Shown here in pieces: positions 22,315 to 27,278 of a stretch of DNA of 27,278 nucleotides. The notes beneath the pieces are model-generated. The model was given only the letters and a program-made list of their open reading frames with translations. It made no database searches and had not been told where the DNA came from. Where the stretch lies: assembly GCF_006345805.1 (NCBI RefSeq), contig NW_021823890.1, forward strand, positions 1 to 27,278, written 5' to 3'. A program made the position numbers and the translations under genes. Origin of the DNA: Octopus sinensis. Taxonomy: Eukaryota. The stretch's first letter is position 1. Every line of letters starts with the position of its first letter.

Positions 22315-22620
22315 AACTCTGGGTCCAGGGGATGATGTCAAGCATTTTTTAAATATGGACGACGTCCTTAATTACTTTTTTTATTCTGGTGGACCCCAAC
22401 ATAGTCATTCGATGCTTAAAAACTAGTTTTATAGATACTACTTGTGTAGTTTGAACTCTGTAAAATATTAAAGAAACAAACCGAGATGTGTCTTGCAATA
22501 AATACGTCTAATGCAAAGTTTTTTCACAAACCCTTAAAAACTACAACGGATCCCCATTTTGCTATTTCGCTTGCACGGACCACCAAAAATCTTATATGGA
22601 CCCCACTTGAGAATCCCCTG
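22315..22620. mobile_element. Possible hAT-type MITE remnant
   Basis: Right end GGACCCCACTTGAGAATCCCCTG resembles CAGGGG-type hAT termini, with internal GGACCCC repeats. No matching left TIR or 8-bp TSD was found. Confidence 0.3.
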
Positions 22621-22840
22621 TCTAGTGAATGAGGTCAACCATCCAGCTCGTTCTACCACAGCAACAATTTCAGTTTACTTCTTCAATGGCCTTCATTATT
22701 AGTTGGTGGCGCCCTCTTTTTCAGTATCCATACTTTGATATACCCACTTTCTTGATATGGGTTAACAGACCTTTCTCCTCAGATGTTTCACCTTTTCGTT
22801 CTATCTTCTACTCAGCTGATACGCAACAGAATCCTTTTCC
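22620..22840 (-). pseudogene. Degenerate RTE-clade LINE ORF C-terminal fragment (second lineage)
   Basis: Minus frame EEKGLLTHIKKVGISKYGY*KRGRHQLIMKAIEEVN*NCCCGRTSWMVDL resembles RTE C-terminal LL..IK.RKL.Y.GH..R...QLI.EG...GR.R..W. Confidence 0.4.
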
Positions 22841-22841
22841 G

Positions 22842-23400
22842 TACTTACTTAAACCCTTTGCCCCTACTGGAGCAAAGGCCATTGATGTCTTTTCTCCACT
22901 TTTCCCGACTGTCAGCTGCCTTTCCTGCTTCTCTACCGTTGGCTCCCTACTTTTTCAGCTCTACCTCGTATCCCGTACCCAGTTTTTGGGTGTGTTTTTT
23001 TAGGCCGTCCTCTCTTCCACTTCTCTTTTGGGTTTTAGAACGGGACCTGAAGTGTTACATGTTTCCCTGGGCGAAGGACTTCCTTTTCCAGGTCTTGTCG
23101 ATTTTGAATTGTCGTCGATGCTCCAATAACTTTGGTTTTCTGTAGATAAGGATGCTGGCCCTTCGCCAAACCATTTTTTTTTACCTCTGGGAAGAGGTGG
23201 CCTATATTAGCCTGACTTCTGTCCTTGACATGTCTAGCATAGAAGGCCCTAACAGGAGCTTGCACTCCCCTGGCATAGCTCTCGGGGCCATTGAGGTACA
23301 CAAATCACCACACCGAAACAAAGACGGGATGTGATGGCCTTCACCATAGCTATATCAAAAACGCATCTACGAAACGTTTATCACTTTTCTTCAAAGCTCC
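22842..23400 (-). mobile_element. RTE-clade LINE 3' fragment, decayed, with (TAAG)n tail
   Basis: VLRPGKHVTLQVPF*NPKEKWKRGRPKKT ... REKWRKDINGLCSSRGKGFK* (stop 22847-22845), followed by TAAGTAAGTA (22851-22842). Confidence 0.7.
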
Positions 23401-23835
23401 GCTCTCGCAAAGCGATGTTCCATGAGTGATTTGGTTAATGATAAGGAAAATTGCGAATGCAATAGGTTTCCTAAGGACATTAGTGATATTAAATGTTGTA
23501 TTTCTACTCATTGCAAGGTTCTAGAGGAACAGTGCTCGAGTTGTCACTGGAGTTGGTTGGCACTGATGGTGTCGTCCCTCAGACCATGGAAACCCTCCCC
23601 TGCAAACATGAAGCGTAAATTGCAGGATCTTTTCTGGGCTAGATCCCTTCGGATATTTTCTATAGAAATAGTTTGATTTTTAAACATTATACGTTTTAAT
23701 GATAGTCAATCCTTCCTGTGTCATCGCCTCCGAAAGTATAACCCCCTGCGGTCCCATCGCTCACATCGCTATTGTGCTGCGACTGGACATCACATTTTTT
23801 TTTAAGTGGCACAATTCTACACGATTACTTTATCT

Positions 23836-24190
23836 GCGACTGGAAATAGCAGTAAAATCTCCCTCAAATTGTTATAATCGGAGACATAAATATCGGTGAA
23901 AAGATGAGGTGATCGATCATATCGAGAATGTCTTCGATCATCGATTTGCATGATCAGGATTAATCTAGACGACATTTATCAGGGACCATCCAGGCTAGAA
24001 CCGTCATTCCTTTTAGACTGAGCTGAGGCTACAAAACAACCCTAAACATTTGTTAGGCTGACCCGAGACTAAACTACAACGCCAAACAATTCTTAGACTT
24101 ACTCAAGGCTAAATAACAATGCCAGGCTGACCAGGAGTTAAACATAAACATCACGCTGCTCTGAGACTGACCTAAGGCTAAACAATATCG
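23836..24190 (+). repeat. Diverged retroposon 3' end (element E) followed by several degenerate copies of its terminal ~35-50 nt
   Basis: CTGGAAATAGCAGTAAAATCTCCCTCAAA (inverted copy at ~20588-20618), then recurring (A/G)CTGA.C..AGGCTAAA.AAC units at ~24017-24190. Confidence 0.45.
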
Positions 24191-24758
24191 CCAACTTTAA
24201 AATGGAGCTGATGGTGAAATATTTTGGCTGTCATGGCGATCGGCGTATGTGCTGTTTGTAGGACGTGATCAGAAAAGGCTGGGAAAGCTTTGATAACTAA
24301 AGAATATTGTTATAGCGATTTGTAGTTGAAAAACTGGTTTTTCTAAGGTACCTTTATTGTCATATTTTCGTTGGCTTCATACACAGGACCAGATAAAAAT
24401 GAGTGGACATACAAGCCGAGGAATAAAAGTCGAGGAGGAATGAATTGAAAGAGTCTATAAAAATTTGACAAGTGTTTGGCGATAGAGATAAGCACGTGGA
24501 TGTGTTTGCGTGCGTTTACGTATATGTGTATGTGTATGTGTTTGTGTTGTATCATACACACACACACACACACCACACACACACACCACACACACACACA
24601 CACACAAATAGATAGACAGATAAATAGATAGATAAAACGCTTGAAACTCTGGGCCCTTGAGTAACTCTGTTCCTTCTGCTAAATACTAATTAAAATATAC
24701 ATATACTAATATTTTCAGTTCTGTTTCTCCTGTCTGCATCACGAAACTTATATATATA

Positions 24759-24801
<43 letters not shown>

Positions 24802-24814
24802 TATATATATGTGT

Positions 24815-24971
24815 GTGTGTTAAGCAGCTTGCTAACCAACCCACATGGTTCCGGGTTCAGTCCCACTGCATGGCACCTTGGGCAAGTGTCTTCTGCTATA
24901 GCCCCGGGTCGACCAATGCCTTGTGAGTGGATTTGGTAGACGGAAACTGAAAGAAGCTCGTCGTATATATG

Positions 24972-25005
<34 letters not shown>

Positions 25006-25228
25006 CGTGTATGTTTGTGTCTGTGTTTGTCCCCCCACCATTGCTTGACAACCGACGCTGGTGTGTTTACGTCCCCATCACTTAGCGGTTCAGCAAAAAA
25101 GACCGATAGAATAAGTACTGGGGTTACAAAAGAATAAGTCCCGGGGTCGAGTTGCTCGATTAAAGGCGGTGCTCCAGCATGGCCGCAGTCAAATGACTGA
25201 AACAAGTAAAAGAGTAAAAGAGAGTAAA
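24815..25228 (+). mobile_element. SINE-C, near full length (first ~10 nt missing)
   Basis: GGGTTCAGTCCC B-box-like motif, CACCTTGGGCAAGTG core, internal (TA)n(TG)n, tail AAGTAAAAGAGTAAAAGAGAGTAAA. Confidence 0.9.
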
Positions 25229-25310
25229 TATATATATATATATATATATATTATATTATATATTATATATATAGATAGATAGATATATAATATATATATA
25301 TATACAAGGC

Positions 25311-25592
25311 TGTGAGGTCGAATCCCGGACCGGGCTGCATGTTGCGTTCTTGAGCAAGGCACTTTATTTCACGTTGCTCCAGTTCACTCAGCTGTAGTAA
25401 TGAGTTGCGACGTCACAGGGGCCAAGCTGTGCCTTTCCCTTGGATAGCACTGGTGGCGTGGAGAGAGGAGGCCGGTATGCATGGGCGACTGCTGGTCTTC
25501 CATGAAACAACCTTGCCCGGACTTGTGTCTGGGAGGGTAACTTTCTAGGTGCAATCCCTTGGTCATTCATGACCGAAGGGAGTCTTTACCCC
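25311..25592 (+). mobile_element. SINE-B3: SINE-B-type B box and core with a different 3' body
   Basis: GGTCGAATCCC B box; 25342-25394 nearly identical to the reverse complement of 631-683; downstream body unrelated to SINE-B/B2. Confidence 0.7.
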
Positions 25593-25609
25593 GTATATAT
25601 GTATATATA

Positions 25610-25685
<76 letters not shown>

Positions 25686-25694
25686 CATAATACA

Positions 25695-25728
<34 letters not shown>

Positions 25729-25988
25729 CATACATACATTCATACATACATTACATATATATATATATATATATATAGATATATATATATACATACATAT
25801 ACATACATACATACATACATGCATGCATACATACATACATACATACGTATATATATATATATACATACATACATACATACATTTCTCTGTATGTATGTGT
25901 TTGAGTGAGTATGTATATAGTTAATTATAATAATAATAATAATATAATTATTATTATTATTATTATTAAATATATGTGTGTGTGTATG

Positions 25989-26019
<31 letters not shown>

Positions 26020-26535
26020 GAAACTTACTCTGTAAAACATATACACACACATACACATATATGCATACAATACATGTGTATTTGTACACATTATTTACAC
26101 TAACGCATAAAGGCGATGATTGTCGTAGCACGTGCGCGCTTGGGTGGGTCTGTGTGTGTGTGTGTGTATGCGTAAGTCTATATGTTCGTGTGTGGCGTTC
26201 GGTGGCACACAGCAGCGACATATGTACAAAAGTTATTAATCACATGGGTGACATGAAAAGAGTATGAAATATAGACACGGAGGAAAATAATAGCCACTTT
26301 CCCATTGCCCCACCCCGCTCCTACAACACCCAGGTACCACACAGTAACCATGGTAACTATATTTACTCTAAAATCTTTGTTGATTGAGCTCTTCTCCTCC
26401 AACTACCCCTCCAACAGGGGGAGGGGGCTAACTTCGTTGGTCTAACATACTCCTGTACGTGCAGCCACCCGCATTTATTCACACACACACACATTATATA
26501 GATGGATATCCGAATGGATACACACACATGGCATA

Positions 26536-26566
<31 letters not shown>

Positions 26567-26726
26567 CACATATATATATACATATAACGCACAAATATAT
26601 ATGTATTTATATATACACATATATATATATATTATACATATATATATATATATCTATACACACACACACACATAGAAGTAATATTATATTTATATTAGAT
26701 ATATATATACACGCATAGACATATAT

Positions 26727-26757
<31 letters not shown>

Positions 26758-26803
26758 TAGACGTATATTTATATATATATGATATATATATACACACATA
26801 GAC

Positions 26804-26896
<93 letters not shown>

Positions 26897-27029
26897 TATA
26901 ATATGTCTATATATATATAAAACATTACGTTATATAATTAGGGTTCAGTAAAAAAATCGAACCCTAATCATACTGAACACTACTGGTAAAATTATTAGTT
27001 AATAATTAAATAATTAATTAATTTTACCC

Positions 27030-27087
<58 letters not shown>
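25593..27087. repeat. Microsatellite cluster: (TA)/(CATA) 25593-25895, (TAA)/(TATG) ~25920-26060, (CA)/(TA) ~26480-26920, (TTA)n 27032-27087
   Basis: Directly visible, with short unique spacers. Confidence 0.9.
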
Positions 27088-27088
<1 letters not shown>

Positions 27089-27194
27089 GTGTTTGTGTGT
27101 GTGTTGTGTATACGCACACATACATATATACACGTACACACATAAATGGATAGATAGGTAGATAGATATGCGTATATACTCTCAAATACAGATT

Positions 27195-27253
27195 CTTCGT
27201 TCTTTTATTCTTTCGGTGGTTTCATTCGTAAACGGCGGCCATGCTGGAGCACA
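27195..27253 (-). mobile_element. Diverged SINE-C tail fragment
   Basis: TTCTTTTATTCTTT...GCGGCCATGCTGGAGCAC. Confidence 0.5.
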
Positions 27254-27278
27254 CTAGCAGGTGCTTGCATACACCGAC

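Noticed and set aside
24350-24450. Acceptor-like TTCATACACAG followed by GPDKNEWTYKPRNKSRGGMN*
   Set aside because: Plausible terminal exon geometry, but no upstream exons or recognisable homology.

Overview
Non-coding, repeat-saturated eukaryotic DNA. No host protein-coding exon can be supported. The SINE families and the density of (TA)n, (TG)n, (TATG)n, (GATA)n and (GA)n microsatellites resemble an Octopus/coleoid cephalopod genome; this is inferred from memory of those families, not from a search. Almost all ORFs in the supplied track are microsatellite artefacts. Supported content: (1) a 5'-truncated, frameshifted Tx1/L1-type LINE 3' end (1023-2090, minus) flanked on both sides by same-orientation (GATA)n; (2) a decayed Penelope-like element (13933-~15395, plus) with RT C-terminus, Cys-rich linker and GIY-YIG endonuclease, followed by CCAAT/TATA motifs and a minimal type I hammerhead ribozyme fold (15243-15287); (3) at least three tRNA-derived SINE groups, including a 184-bp tandem SINE array with a 368-bp higher-order repeat, a SINE-in-SINE insertion with a 12-bp TSD, and a SINE carrying an internal microsatellite slot; (4) a 391-bp non-autonomous Helitron (9588-9978, minus); (5) mariner, RTE-LINE and possibly hAT remnants. 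SINE-A, SINE-B, SINE-C and element E are working labels used only here.
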